Positions 1 through 12,969 of a stretch of DNA of 64,000 bases are shown here, piece after piece. Below the pieces are notes generated by a model. The model worked only from the letters and a program-made list of their open reading frames with translations, searched no databases and was not told the origin of the DNA. The stretch comes from Dimorphilus gyrociliatus (lineage: Eukaryota > Animalia > Annelida). Within the stretch, counting starts at the first letter, position 1. Each line of letters begins with the position of its first letter. The translations under genes and the position numbers were made by a program. Location: contig CAJFCJ010000006.1 of NCBI GenBank assembly GCA_904063045.1, forward strand, positions 5,348,408 to 5,412,407, read 5' to 3'.

Positions 1-1017
1 TGGCGCGTGCTGAGGATGAGATAGTGATTTGCGTTTTACACTTTCTTATATATGTTTATTCAAAAATAACTTCTTGTTTTGTTTACATTCTTAAAGGAAA
101 AAGAAATTCAGTGGTAAGTAGTTTGTCACCAAGTGTTTGTATAGGCCTAAATATCGACTACACCCACGTGTGTAAACATGACTTTGGCCTCTGATAGATC
201 CTCTACAGCTGTCCCTACTGTTCATATAGACTTCTATTTTTACAGCTTTTTAGCTATCATTTTCATTTTTTTGTTTTGTCGTTCATTAACCTATTTTTTT
301 TCTACAATTAAAAAATAATACGTACATTTTCGCCCTATAATTTGAATCATACTTCTCTTGCTCACTTATCCCACTCACTCGCTTACTCTCTTTTCGTTGT
401 CTTATACTCATATACTGTATATAGTATAGGTATATTATCTTCTTGGTCTTTATATTTATAATTTCTATCAAATTTGCCCTCGAATTTAACTTCTTCATCG
501 TAATCTTAACAACGTATAATTCGTCGTCGTCTTTCCTTTCGTTTATATTTTTATGGTTAGTTTGTTTACATAGTTTTAGATAGCGTTCGTTATGTATACA
601 AGAGAAAGTCGGTTGATTATCTAAAAGTGTGCAGAGCTTCAACTTTTTTCTTCTTTAACCTTAATATTAGCTTAAAATATTAGTTCTTTAATAATATTAA
701 AGCTATCTCTTTGCCTATTTTTATTCAAAATACTATAAGCAGAGAGTTCATATAAAATGTTAGGCCTAAAGCTTGACTTTTTTTTCTAATAAAAGTTTTT
801 AAAAGCCTCTTTATTTTCGTTTCAGGATTTGACCGACTTCTAGGAAAGCTAGGCCTTTTTAAAGCACCGGACAACCCCTCTTCAGAGAGCGAAAGAGAGA
901 TAGCCGCCATTTACAATATCGATATCAGGATTTTCTTTTTGTTTTATAGATTTGATAAGATTGAAAAACAGATCAAAACAAAAATAATTTAAAGTTAATA
1001 AAATAAAAAAAGAGGAT

Positions 1018-4000
1018 ATGCTCTCCATGGAGTTCTCAGTATTCGATGCCGAAGCAAGATACGGCTACGAAGACTTTTCAAGTAAGTTTTAAATTATAGT
1101 GATTTGTGTGATTTCTATTTTTTTGGCGCTGTGACGGAGTTATTTCGGTCGCATTTTTTTGTCATTGTATTTTATTTTTCTTCGGAGCGGCGCGTTCATC
1201 CTTATCCTATTCTCTCGACAAGTTGCATCGCCTAAGGGCACCACTGTCAGTGAATTATAGCGGATGAGGGATTGGGAGAGGGGAGAGGGGAAGGGAAAAA
1301 AGTTTTATTTAAATAAAATTAGAATACGGATAGGAGATGAAACGCTTAAACGATAAGGGAAGATCGTAGGGGGTTTTCCGAAAGTAGGTTATTTATGACT
1401 CTTCATGCGATCAGTCAGCGACTGTTCTCTTTTTTACCACTTTATCGCTAATAAATTTGATATTGGGAGAAGAGGGGGAGGAGGGGGTGGAGTTTTGAAA
1501 ATGTAAATGTACATCAACACTACTATCAATAGAGAGCAACGATGTGTGAGGTCAGTTGTTTTTTATTTCCGACTAATCATGCCCTTCGAACGATAAAACG
1601 AGCTTTAGGAATGCGCTTCAACTCAAACTTATATAGACAGACGGGCATACACTCAATCTTTCTTTCTTTTGTCTTCTTGTAGACTCATTCTTTCCACTAT
1701 CGTTAATTTTTTATGTTGTTTATTTGTTTATCCTATGTTATTTAGTTATCGTATGTCTCCTGCGTATCGTTTAGATGAGGTCATCTTTCGACTTGATAAA
1801 ATTGCAAGAGTTAATACTGCGCTTTCTTGTGTTCGATTTTTTTTGTATGTGTATGTTTATTTATCTGTGAATTTAGAAAAAGATCTTACATCTTAAGCCT
1901 ATTTGCAAATAGTTCTCAGAGAATATAGTAATGGCGGACAATAACAAAAAAAAAATTGATGAGTAGGAAAAGAAGAAAATACTATCTCACATATGAGAAA
2001 GAAATGAAATAAGAAAAAAAAAACAAGTAACTTGCACCGGAAGACCTTTTATGAATCACTGTCGATCGTTAGTATCGGAATTCGATCGTTAAACGAGAGA
2101 TCAATGCAGCTTTAAATAGAACCAGAAAAAAGTCCACTGCCTCTCTCCGCTACGCGCCGATAAACTTTTCCGTCATAATTTATTCACATAACCGCTTTAT
2201 ACAATAGCTGCTTTTATGATGCATTTTTCGCTGTAGTATATTTACAATGCCGTTTCTATACGTTTCCTGTATCAGCGTTTTAAACGGCAGTTGTTCTGAC
2301 TGTTCTAGGTCATTAAACAATTTAAGATAAATCCACGTTTGCGTTACGGTAAATGGGATATATGCATCCTGACCGACTGTCCAAGTAGCAACATGTGTGC
2401 AGTATATATCATGTCACTAACATGTCATCATATTTCATAATTAAACATCCATAGCGCGAATTGTTGACTATTTTATTGAACGATAGATGGCGGCCTCCCT
2501 TAGTACGGTATCTCTTCCGTTTTCAAGCCGTCCGCTGCCCATCCCGGCTTGGAAGACGGTCGCCTCTAAAAAATAGTCACGTGATAACAAGAGTGTAATG
2601 GCCAGGTAGAGGTTTGTTGAGTACTTTTTTTGATATATTTTCAACTTTTATCGTAACTTTACTTGTACATTGGATCATTAACATATCTTCAATGTGTTTT
2701 CGAATCATTTCAAGTCCTATTGATACGCGATCATCTCATAATAACGTCTTTCGTAAGCGATTTTCGGAAGCTAACTTGTGCGTTAGTAAACCAACTGGCG
2801 ATATCTATTTGGAAAGTAGGTCGGCGATTTCACCTTGAGTATAGGCTTATCTTATCTACCCTATTATTGATCTCTTTGATTAGGAATAGCTTTTTGAAAC
2901 GATGACTATAAGTCACTTCTTAGCTGAAGCGTTTTGTTTGGCCGTTGACGCTGAGCGATATTCAGCGGATAACCGAGGTTATGTTTACTGTGACGTCACC
3001 ATGACGCAATTTGGAAGCGGGAAAAGATTTTCGATTTTTATCTGCTGAGCTGTCAAATTCGGAGGCAATTCATTTCAAGAGACTAGATAGACTGTTTGCG
3101 AATAGATATCTGTTGTAAAAGATAATTTTGCAATATCTAAAGAATCAGGAATTAAAATAAATCAATTCTTGTACTTTCCTTTTTCTCTTTTTTATTCTAT
3201 CTCTTTTAACCGATGAAAGCAAAAGCAAGCCATAGTGTAAGAGAAGAAATGAGATTTATGCTATTCGGCGATCAGACCAACTTAAAGATGATGACATTTA
3301 GCTCAATTTACCCTAAACTGTCTGACGAATACTGTAGGCGGCTTATTTGCTTTCTATGGCATCGTTAGTTTGCCCGGCTCCTTCTTCGATAGCCGTTCGA
3401 TGTCTGTATTACGCATCGATGGCCTGTAGGCTGTAATAAAACTAGAGTAATATAACGTATACATTTATTGTTTACATTTGGTAATTTATATCCGAACATC
3501 GAATCTGCGTAAACGTCGATCTCGATAAAATGCGAATAATAGATAAAATAACATTTTATAATATATATATATTTTTTACAATCCTTTTTAGTAGATACCG
3601 TTACGTGAAAGATTTACAAAAACGAGAGTAACAGATATTAAGTAATGCGCGAGCTTATTACGATTAATGTACTCCGAATATGTATATGTGACGTCACGCC
3701 AATGAGAGACGATTGGCGCGCGCGTATATAAAAATTGTATACGCATACGTTCTCGGTGACTTTTTTTCTGGAGAAAGATGTCGGCACAAGTGAAGTTCTA
3801 TCAGAACCTTCCGCCCTTATCTTTAGAAGATGTTACACAATTCGTCAACAATCCTGATGTCGGTTTCGGCGTCGACTTTGATGAGAACGGTAAGATAAGT
3901 CTAGCCCAACTATTTTAATCGTCAAACTTTTTTTTACTGCGCATCAACGTATTTTTCTACCTTACCTTACTTCCCTTTGTCAATTATATCGTAATCAAAT

Positions 4001-7000
4001 CCTTTAAATATTATTGTGGCTGTGTTAATTACTAAGTTTATAGGTTGTAAAATTAAAAAAAAAAGCGAGAGAAGGAATGGAATAGACGAAACGCAAAGAA
4101 ACTCTTCTTTGAGTAAATAAAAAAATAGAACGTTTTCTTAATTGTTCATTTAATACCTTTTTTCCTTTCGTATAATTTTTTAATTTTATTATTTTTCTAT
4201 TTACTTTATACTCTATTTAAATTTTTAAAATGCATTTTGTCTTTATACATATATATATATATAGATATATATATATTCAGTTTATATATTATTATTTTCT
4301 GTGTTCTTTGTAGAAGCGTACCGAATATAAGTATTCTATTCTAGGGAGTGACTGAATTCGCATTTTATAATCGAAGATAAATTTAGAAATATTAGTTTTT
4401 TTTTCTTTTTCATCGACACCGACGAAATAATTATCTACCTGTTATTTTTTTGTACCGTTTGAAAGCATTCGAAAAAAAGAACGACGAGCGTTAAATGTTC
4501 CATAATGGAACGTGCACTTCCGTATATCCCGTTGTTTACGAGCATTTTGATTATGTTTACGGCATGTAATATATTTTTTAGTAAACGTCTCTTTATACTA
4601 TAATTCGACGTCAATTTAGTGAATTTTAAAAAAGAAACTATTTGTTCTCCTTTTTTATTATAGTGTTATGAGGAATGAATGAGACAATAAGAACTTTTTC
4701 CCGATAAAAAAGTTCTATATTGTTGTGTTTGCTTAAATCTTTTAGGGCGGCCCTCGATAGACAAGGCCAAAATCCGTTGGCCGTTTTAATAAAATGGGTT
4801 ATTAAAACACAATAAAATGTTTAAGAATCCCGCCCTTAATTGTAAGATATTAAGGAGGGGAATTGTTTCGTAGTTTACTTTTTTTTCTATTTGACAATTT
4901 ACTTTCTTCCGTCTTTAAGTTTCATGTATAAAGACAGAAGTTGCATTAATTAATCAACGATTGTAGCGCAAATGAAACGCTCTCGGTCGACTATAGTCGG
5001 GAAAAATGTCAGGTTTTGATGTCAGAAATGCCTGCCTCTTTTGAACGCCTACCTCTTGATTGGCGTTTCCTTTGTTCATTCGTCATTGATGTACGGGTGC
5101 CACCGCAAAAATGACATCTGAACGACGCCTCGAGGCATTTTACGGCGCTTTTGATCGCTATTCTTTTAATGTGTAAGCGCGCCTTCGCTACTGACGTCAT
5201 TTTTTGGTTTTTTTCTACCTTATTCTTTCCCTTCTCTTTCCCTTTTTTTTTAATTAACGTCGTCGATGCGTAGATGTGATTTGTCAGCGAAAATAAGCGT
5301 GTCTTATTGAATAATTGTCGTAAGATGATGTCTAAATTAGCTTTTTTCTCTGCCGCACGCCGAGTTGACTTGTTGAGCAAATGAGAGGGTGTCCTATAAG
5401 ATTGCTATGTCAAATCCCTTGTGATTTGATGTGTGAAAAGCATATTTATGAATATTAAAATGCAATACTTTCGTTTATATTTAAACGCTTGTACAAACAA
5501 TTGAAAGAGCTTTTTTTAAGTAACATAGATTGTAGTTATTATAAAGCTGTATCCCAAAGAAGAAAATTTGAGCCGAGCTTTTTTTTATATTAACGAATCA
5601 TTAAAGAATTATGAATGTTTGATCAGCGCTGATATTGTTTTAATGAGTATACCATATACGGGCGTTATATAAGGAAAGAGAATGCGAAAAGGGAGAGACG
5701 CCTGACACGCCCTTGTAAAAGTACCTTTTTATTTTTCTTCTCTATCATTTGGCGCCGAGCAGATTGTCTTTGTTCTTATAATCGCGATTGGCCTCAAGCT
5801 TCTACGTATGAAAAAAGGTGGATGCCTTAATTAAAGATAGTTTGTGATAATTACGGTTAGGCCTAAGTCTAGGGTGTGGGTGACGGTTTTTGGTAACGCC
5901 CATTTCGCTTCTATTGTTCGATTTCATACAAAGACGTATTCTTTTTATTGTTCGTCATCACGTTATTTCCGATTCATGTTAAACATTAATATTTCTTATA
6001 AGAATAAATAATAAAAAAGAGGAAATAATGTATAGACGACTGCTTGTATCATTTCATTATAACTATTCAACGTTCATGCGGGCTTTCATCCGAAATGGTC
6101 CATGGGTGTGGCCGCTGATTGCAGTCAATGAATAGGCGAAAAGTCCTTTGATCTGCAACAGCGTGATGTAGTGTTTTTGACACGTTATGCCATCACACCC
6201 TTGATTTTATGATGCTTTTATTTATCGTTTTATGCTCAAGTACGCTAAAACGTGTCGATGTAGTTTTTATTCTCTTTTCTCTCCACCTCTGACAATACGG
6301 AAATGAGCGTTTTCCTATCTTATCCAGGTTGCGCTTATGACCAAAGATATCAGCCGCCCTACGTTCCTCAGGCGTCAAACGATCTTGGTGGGAGAAACCT
6401 ATGGCACGACATGGATTCGGTTTCGATTAAAGTTCGTTTATATTTACGCTATTGTTTTCTATTGTGTATGTTATCTGTTAAATTTTTATCTACGTAGATG
6501 GAAATGCCAGAGACAGGACCCCAATACGATTACACAGCACATAATGGTCATATAATGCAATTACAAAATTCAAATAATTACCCTATGGCTCCTCAACAAA
6601 CCATGAACATAGACACAATGATGCCAGATTATTCCAGTTCATCTCCTCCGGCAAACACATCCCCAACGTCTACAACAACTACTTCCGGCTCAAAGAAAAA
6701 AACGAAAGAAGATAAAATATGCGGTGTCTGCGGGGATCGAGCACTTGGCTATAACTTTGACGCGATATCGTGCGAGAGTTGTAAAGCGTTTTTCAGAAGA
6801 AATGCTCCCAAGGGGCTGGTAGGTTTTTTCCTTTCTTAACCTTCTCCTTCATCCCTCCTATATCCTACGACGATAAGCGATCTAATATGTTTTGTAGAAG
6901 TTATCAGTTTTTAGATATTTTTCCTTTTGTAGGTTTTTTTTATTGGTAGCAAATGAAACTTTTTTTTTCGTACGAAGGAAATGATGTTGTTGTAAGAGAG

Positions 7001-8264
7001 AGAAAAATTTATATTTTATCCTTTAAAAACAGGAATACTTTAAATGCCCATATGACGAAAAATGTAAGATGGATATTAGTAACAGAAGATTTTGTAAAAG
7101 ATGCCGCTTAAAGAAATGCTTTGATATTGGTATGAGAAAAGAATACATTCTGACGGAAGAAGAAAAGGCAGCTAAAAGAAGAAAAATAGAAGAGAACAGG
7201 TTTGTTGAACTTTGTCACAGCCTACCAAAATATAACAGTTTATTAAATATCTATTTAATTATTTACTTATCGATGTTATATTTTTCTATTTTGATAGAAT
7301 GATGCGGGATATAGAGCGACAGGGAATGACTAGAGGACAAGTACCGGATTTTGTTTATAGCGGACATTCCACACCCGCTAGCCATACAAGTCAAGTCCCA
7401 ACTCCACCTATGAGTATGACCCACTCCCCAAACGGCCCAATGATTGCACCTCCGCCTACCCAACATCAACCTCAACAAATTATGGGCGGAATGTCTTCAC
7501 CCATGTATAATTCAACTAGTCCGGATAGCAGTGCAATGTCACCAACTTTTCGGGCTCTATCTCCAGAGGAACACGAACTTATAGCAGAACTTGAAAGCGC
7601 TTATAACGCTAGTGTTTATGTCAAGCGTCAAGAGGCCGAACCATCAAGAGAATCAGTTCAGGATATGTCGGATCTGGTTAATATAGCTGAAATCTCGATT
7701 AGAAGGGTGATAGAAATGGTAAAAAAGATTTACGCGTTTAAAAAACTCTCGCAGGTTGACCAAATCGCCTTATTAAAAGGCGGATGCATCGAATTATTAA
7801 TCCTCCGAGGTGCTCAAAGTTTTGACGCTGATAAACAACGTTTTCTAGAAGGTCAAGACTCGGAGGAAGCATCAGCTATGAATCTGGATCAATTAAGGCG
7901 AGCCGAGGGTTCTGACCTATTTAATGAACACATGATGTTTGTTAAGGATCTTAGTGTCGACTTGAAAGCCGATAGGACGACTTTAAGCATTCTGCTTGTC
8001 ATCAATCTTTTCTCACCGGATAGACCAGGACTAAAAGATAAAATCGAAGTATCACTCCAACAAGAGAGGTATTCAACTCTCTTACGCAATTACCTAACAG
8101 AACATTACGGCCAGGCGAATGCGCGTTTTATGTTTCCCAAACTGTTACTCAAACTTACCGACATAAGAAATTTGAACGAAGAGCATTCGCAGATTTTGTT
8201 GAGAGTAAAGCCAGATGGTATTCAACCATTGATGCAAGAGGTTCTTAATCTAAAGTCTAATTAA
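1018..8264 (+). CDS. Hr96: Nuclear receptor, NR1J/HR96 (DAF-12/VDR-related) type; two alternative first coding exons
   Basis: [32 protein letters not shown]...[30 protein letters not shown] (P-box ESCKA); LBD with [24 protein letters not shown] and AF-2 PLMQEVL. Exons: alt 1a 1018(or 1027)-1081, alt 1b 3778-3889, then 6328-6419, 6498-6818, 7033-7199, 7298-8264; all GT-AG with consistent phases. Subfamily assignment is from motif recall. Confidence 0.9.
3689..3734 (+). promoter_or_regulatory. Probable promoter of nuclear receptor exon 1b: CRE + two CCAAT boxes + TATA
   Basis: TGACGTCA at 3689-3696, CCAAT about 3699-3703, reverse CCAAT (ATTGG) about 3712-3716, TATATAAAAA at 3725-3734, about 45 nt upstream of ATG 3778. 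Confidence 0.65.
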
Positions 8265-8338
8265 GAATATAATTTCTTTGTTTTTTTCCAAGAGGAAAGT
8301 TAAAGCAAGCAGAACTGCACTTTTGTGTGTAAATATAG

Positions 8339-8342
<4 letters not shown>

Positions 8343-8386
<44 letters not shown>
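8343..8386. repeat. (TA)n microsatellite in the nuclear receptor 3' region
   Basis: About 22 perfect TA units; further shorter TA runs at 8445-8525. Confidence 0.95.
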
Positions 8387-8390
<4 letters not shown>

Positions 8391-10459
8391 ATGAGTATAA
8401 ATAAGTACATATAAAGACCTATATAAATATATCATTTCATATACATATATATATATATATATATCTGTATATATCTGTATATATTTATATAGTAACCTGA
8501 ATATATATATATATATATATATATATTTAATGCATAGATGTATATTGTGTATGTTTTTTCATCGTCTGCAGACGTTACGCCATTTTTTCACAAAGATTGC
8601 CATTATTTCTTCTTAGCGATTCAAATAATCGCTACGTTTTCATTGTAATTTTTTATTCATTAATCATCATTAATTTTGCTATTCTTTTTTGTTCTTCGCT
8701 CGTTTTAATTTTTTTAATACTTGTAAAAAGAAAATCAAAGAAAGGTGAAAAGAAGGAGAAAAAAACAATGCTTCATAAATATTCTTTTCACCTTTTTTGG
8801 ACACCTTTTAAAAGAAAAATAAGTCGAAAAAATTTATTGATAATATCTCTTTATTAAAAAAATAAGAAAGAAGAAAAAAGACAGAAAATAAAAATAAAAG
8901 AATAATTTTAATTCCTTTCTGTTTTTTTGAAAGAGAATTTTTAGATAAAAATTATTTTTTTTTTGCTATTGGTGTTTTCTTTCCTTTTCATTTAATTCTC
9001 TTATTTTTTATTTTTTTAAAAATTCTATCATCTCTTTTTTCGGCTTTTTCCTTTTACAACAAAAAATCGACCTTTTGTTTTTTTTTTTGTTCTTGTCCAT
9101 AGAAACATTTTTATTAATTGCCATGTTTTGTTTTTCATATGAATTCTTTATCTATTTCCTGCTATGTCGCAAAACACTTCTTCCAAATAATTCTGAATTA
9201 GTTGACTAAAAGAAATGGAAACTTTTGTTTGTTTCGTCATACCGTTTTGTTTGCTTTTAACAATATGATGTTAATAATTTTTCATTTATTGAATGATGCG
9301 AATGTTTGCGAGAGGAGGATTCTGAGGTGAATGTTGACAAATGTAAATCAAGATAAGAAGTGGTAAAAACGAAAGAAATATGCGAAAGATGAAAAGAGAA
9401 AGTGAGATAAAAATGTACATAATCAGATAGGAAGAGAGATAGAAGCTTAGTGAAGGTGTGTGTGTATGTGTGTCAGAGAGACGGAGAGACAGTGGGGAAA
9501 AAATCAGGAATAAATAGAATAAGAGATATAACGGTAGAATGGAAGAAAGAAAGGAAATTGAAATCTTTTATATATATATAAACTAAATGTGAACGAAAAA
9601 AATTGGAAAAATTGTTGTGTAGCTGTAGAAAAGAAAAATTTGTATAAATGTTAAAGCAGGAAAAGCAAAAAATAACGTTGTTGTTTGTCAGAATGGAAAT
9701 CGTTTCGTTAACAAAAAAAAGGGATAACAAATAGTGAATGCAAATGAGGTGCTGATGTTTATGCACTATTGTGATTGATAGTTGGTAAAAAAAAATATTT
9801 CAAATGAATGAAAAAATTCTTTTCTTTGTTTTTTTTTTCATTAAAAAAATCGTCCTTGCCACGATCTCGTTGCATCAAAATCTGAAAAAAAAACGTCGTC
9901 GATTCTGTGAAAGGAAAAAAAAATAAAAATGAGTATTTATATGCTAGAATGAACAAAAAAAATGATGCGTTGGGTGAATATTCAAGAAGGGAAATTTGTT
10001 TTATATTTTCTACAGAAAATCTTTTTTACATAAATATATATAAATATATAAGAAAGGGGAAAAAACGATAAGCAAATAATACTGTAATACATATAGTTGA
10101 TTCTCTAATCTTTTTTATTATTCTAGCATATTAATGCTTATTTTATATATTAAAACTATAAAAAAAAGAGACAATATTTACGCATTTGTGAGCCTTTGCG
10201 TTTTATTTTCGTTTTTTTTTCACTTTTGTGCCATTCTATTATTGATAAATAAATTACTAAATAAAAATCTCGTCATGTTGATCAAATAAAATATCTTTGT
10301 ATCATTGAAACACTTAAATTAATATTAGAAATATTTATATTTTTCGCGGGAAATGGAAAAATATTCGCAAATTATTAATAACTGGTCGTGAATCTTAAAA
10401 GAAAATTTTTTACACAAGGTTTGAAAGCAGGACATTCGGAACAATTAACTTGAACCGGC

Positions 10460-12079
10460 ATGGCGTTTGTAAAACGTTTCTTATATTTGATCGTTCCTCT
10501 CTCGGTTGGACTGTATTTTGTTAGGTAAGTTGTTCTAGAAGAATTTGAATAGTATTATCCATTGTAACTATTTTTAAAGACAAATTAGAAAAGAAAAACG
10601 TATATGTTTATTTAATTAAAAAGTTACACTTTTTACACTTCATATAGGTACATCGTACACATCCAAATATATTTATATATAGTCTACATATATATACTAT
10701 ATATATTATGCTATATATGCCAATACATACCGCACAGTACAACTACATATAGCAACATATACTTACAGAAGGGATGTAAACTATTTATATATAGATAGAT
10801 AGATATATAGTCAAACTGTACGTCATACACATACGTATGCATTTTAAAATATATATAAAAAAATACTGTATGATGTACGTATATTATGTTTTAGAGAGTA
10901 TTTTCAAGGATGTAAGTACACCGGTAATGAAAGACTCGATGATAAAGTTGTACTTATAACCGGTGCAAATACCGGTATTGGTAAGGAAACGGCTAAGAAT
11001 ATGGCTTTACGAGGTATGCTATAAACTCACTCGCTCTCATTCTCTTATTCTCTTTATTTTTCTTATTAAAAATAATTACTATATACAACGAATATTTTTC
11101 TATTTAAAAAAAAATCTAGGTGCTCGTGTTTACATGGCATGCCGAAATCTTAATAAAGCCAATGCTGCTAGAGACGATCTACTCAATATTACTGGATTGC
11201 CGGCAGATAAAATTAAAGTTATGCAAATGGATCTATCATCGTTTAGATCGATTAGAAATTTCGTTACGGAATTTCATAAAGTGGAGGAGAAATTACATAT
11301 ATTAATTAATAATGCTGGAATTATGTTTACACCTTTCCTTAAGACTGAAGACGGATTCGAAATGCAGGTTGGAGTGAATCATCTAGGCCATTTTCTACTT
11401 ACAAACTTGCTGATTGATAAATTGAAAACTTCCGCACCATCACGTGTCGTTACAGTATCTTCCCTTGCGCATATGTCTGGAACTGTTGAATTTGATAACT
11501 TTAGAGGAGAGAAGGGCTATTCTCGTATAAACTCGTATGGAAATAGTAAATTAATGAATATTCTCTTTGCAAAAGAATTGGGTAGAAGATTAGAGGGAAC
11601 CGGCGTAACGTCATATAGTTTACATCCTGGTGGCATTGTAACTGATCTGCAAAGAGAAGTTTTAAATCCGTTCTTCGTTAAAGTTGTTCATGTGCTAGGC
11701 TACGTGTTTTGGAAAACTATTGAAAGAGGTTAGTAATTTCTTTCTTCTTGTTATTTTGTTTATCATACATGCCCTTCAACCATTTTCTCCTTCATCTTGT
11801 TTTCTTTCTTCCTCTCATCCAACATAAATTACCTAATAACTTCTGTTTTTATCATAGGTGCTCAAACTACAATTTATTGCGCTGTGAATGATAATGCGGG
11901 CAAGGAAACGGGCTTATATTACAGGTTTTATAGTTTATACACAAGGTGTTTATTATACTAATTAACCATCTTTTACATAATTTAGCGATTGCGCAGTTAA
12001 AACTCCATTTGGAGTAGATTCAGAAACTGCTAAAAAATTATGGGAAGTTAGTCTCTCCTTAACTGGTTTAAAACAGTAA
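10460..12079 (+). CDS. Retinol dehydrogenase 11/12-like short-chain dehydrogenase/reductase
   Basis: N-terminal hydrophobic anchor MAFVKRFLYLIVPLSVGLYFVR; TGANTGIG Rossmann motif; LINNAG; catalytic YGNSK. Exons 10460-10524, 10895-11013, 11120-11728, 11858-11924, 11986-12079. Confidence 0.92.
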
Positions 12080-12923
12080 AAAGGAGAAGATGTGAAGATA
12101 GTAAAAGTGATGTGGACATATATAGAGGAAAGAAGGATAGATAAATATATATACTTAAACTGTCATGATACACTAATATATTTAACAAAATACACACTTT
12201 TGTATAAATTCTATCTTAATTAACGACAAAATCAATAAAATGAAATTGATAAAATTAGAAATATTCCTTTATAATCTTTCTCTTTTCTTTTCTTTTCTTT
12301 TCCTTCTTCTCTCCTTTCTTTTCCATATATTTTTCCTTTTTGATTAAATCTTAAAGATAAAATATGACATGATAAACGAAAAACGTTTTACCTACTTATT
12401 ATAAATCATAAATGAGAAAGAAAACTTTTTTAACTTGGGAATTGTTACAGACATACAGTCTATATATATATGTATATATATATATATCTGTATAATCATT
12501 TATTTTCATTAATTACTGATATCTCTTTCTCTCTTTCTTTCTTTTTCTCTTTTCACAAAAAAAGGAAGAAAGAATTTTCTAGTTTTTGTTCTTCACAAAA
12601 AAGGGGCGTCTCTTTTGCAAGTATATTTCAAGTGAATTTACAGTAATATATACTATATACACGTGTATATATAGATACATAGATAGATATTAAGAAAAGT
12701 GTATATGAAAGAAAAAACAAGAACATTACTTTACTGTGAATTGTAACAATCTTGTAATTTCGTTGTATTAACAAATAAGAATGTTAAGAGATTTTATTAC
12801 GATTAATCAACTTTTTAATAATTAATTAATTAGAGTTAATCATATAGAAATGTTTTCTTCCTTCTTCTGTTTGTTTTTTTGCCTTACCTGGATTTGTAGT
12901 GTAAACACAGCTTAGATACTGTT

Positions 12924-12964
<41 letters not shown>
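12924..12964. repeat. (TA)n microsatellite
   Basis: Near-perfect TA run in intergenic DNA. Confidence 0.9.

Positions 12965-12969
<5 letters not shown>

Noticed and set aside
286-910. Minus-strand ORFs 286-642 and 725-910
   Set aside because: Low-complexity K/I/N-rich translations with no motifs; the region looks like 5' UTR or intron of the nuclear receptor (donor about 114, acceptor about 825).
5009-5380. 123-aa minus ORF in the nuclear receptor intron as another nested gene
   Set aside because: No recognisable domain, starts at TTG, driven by T-runs; no supporting splice structure found.
8250-8435. ORF with an IYIYIY repeat
   Set aside because: Translation of a TA microsatellite.
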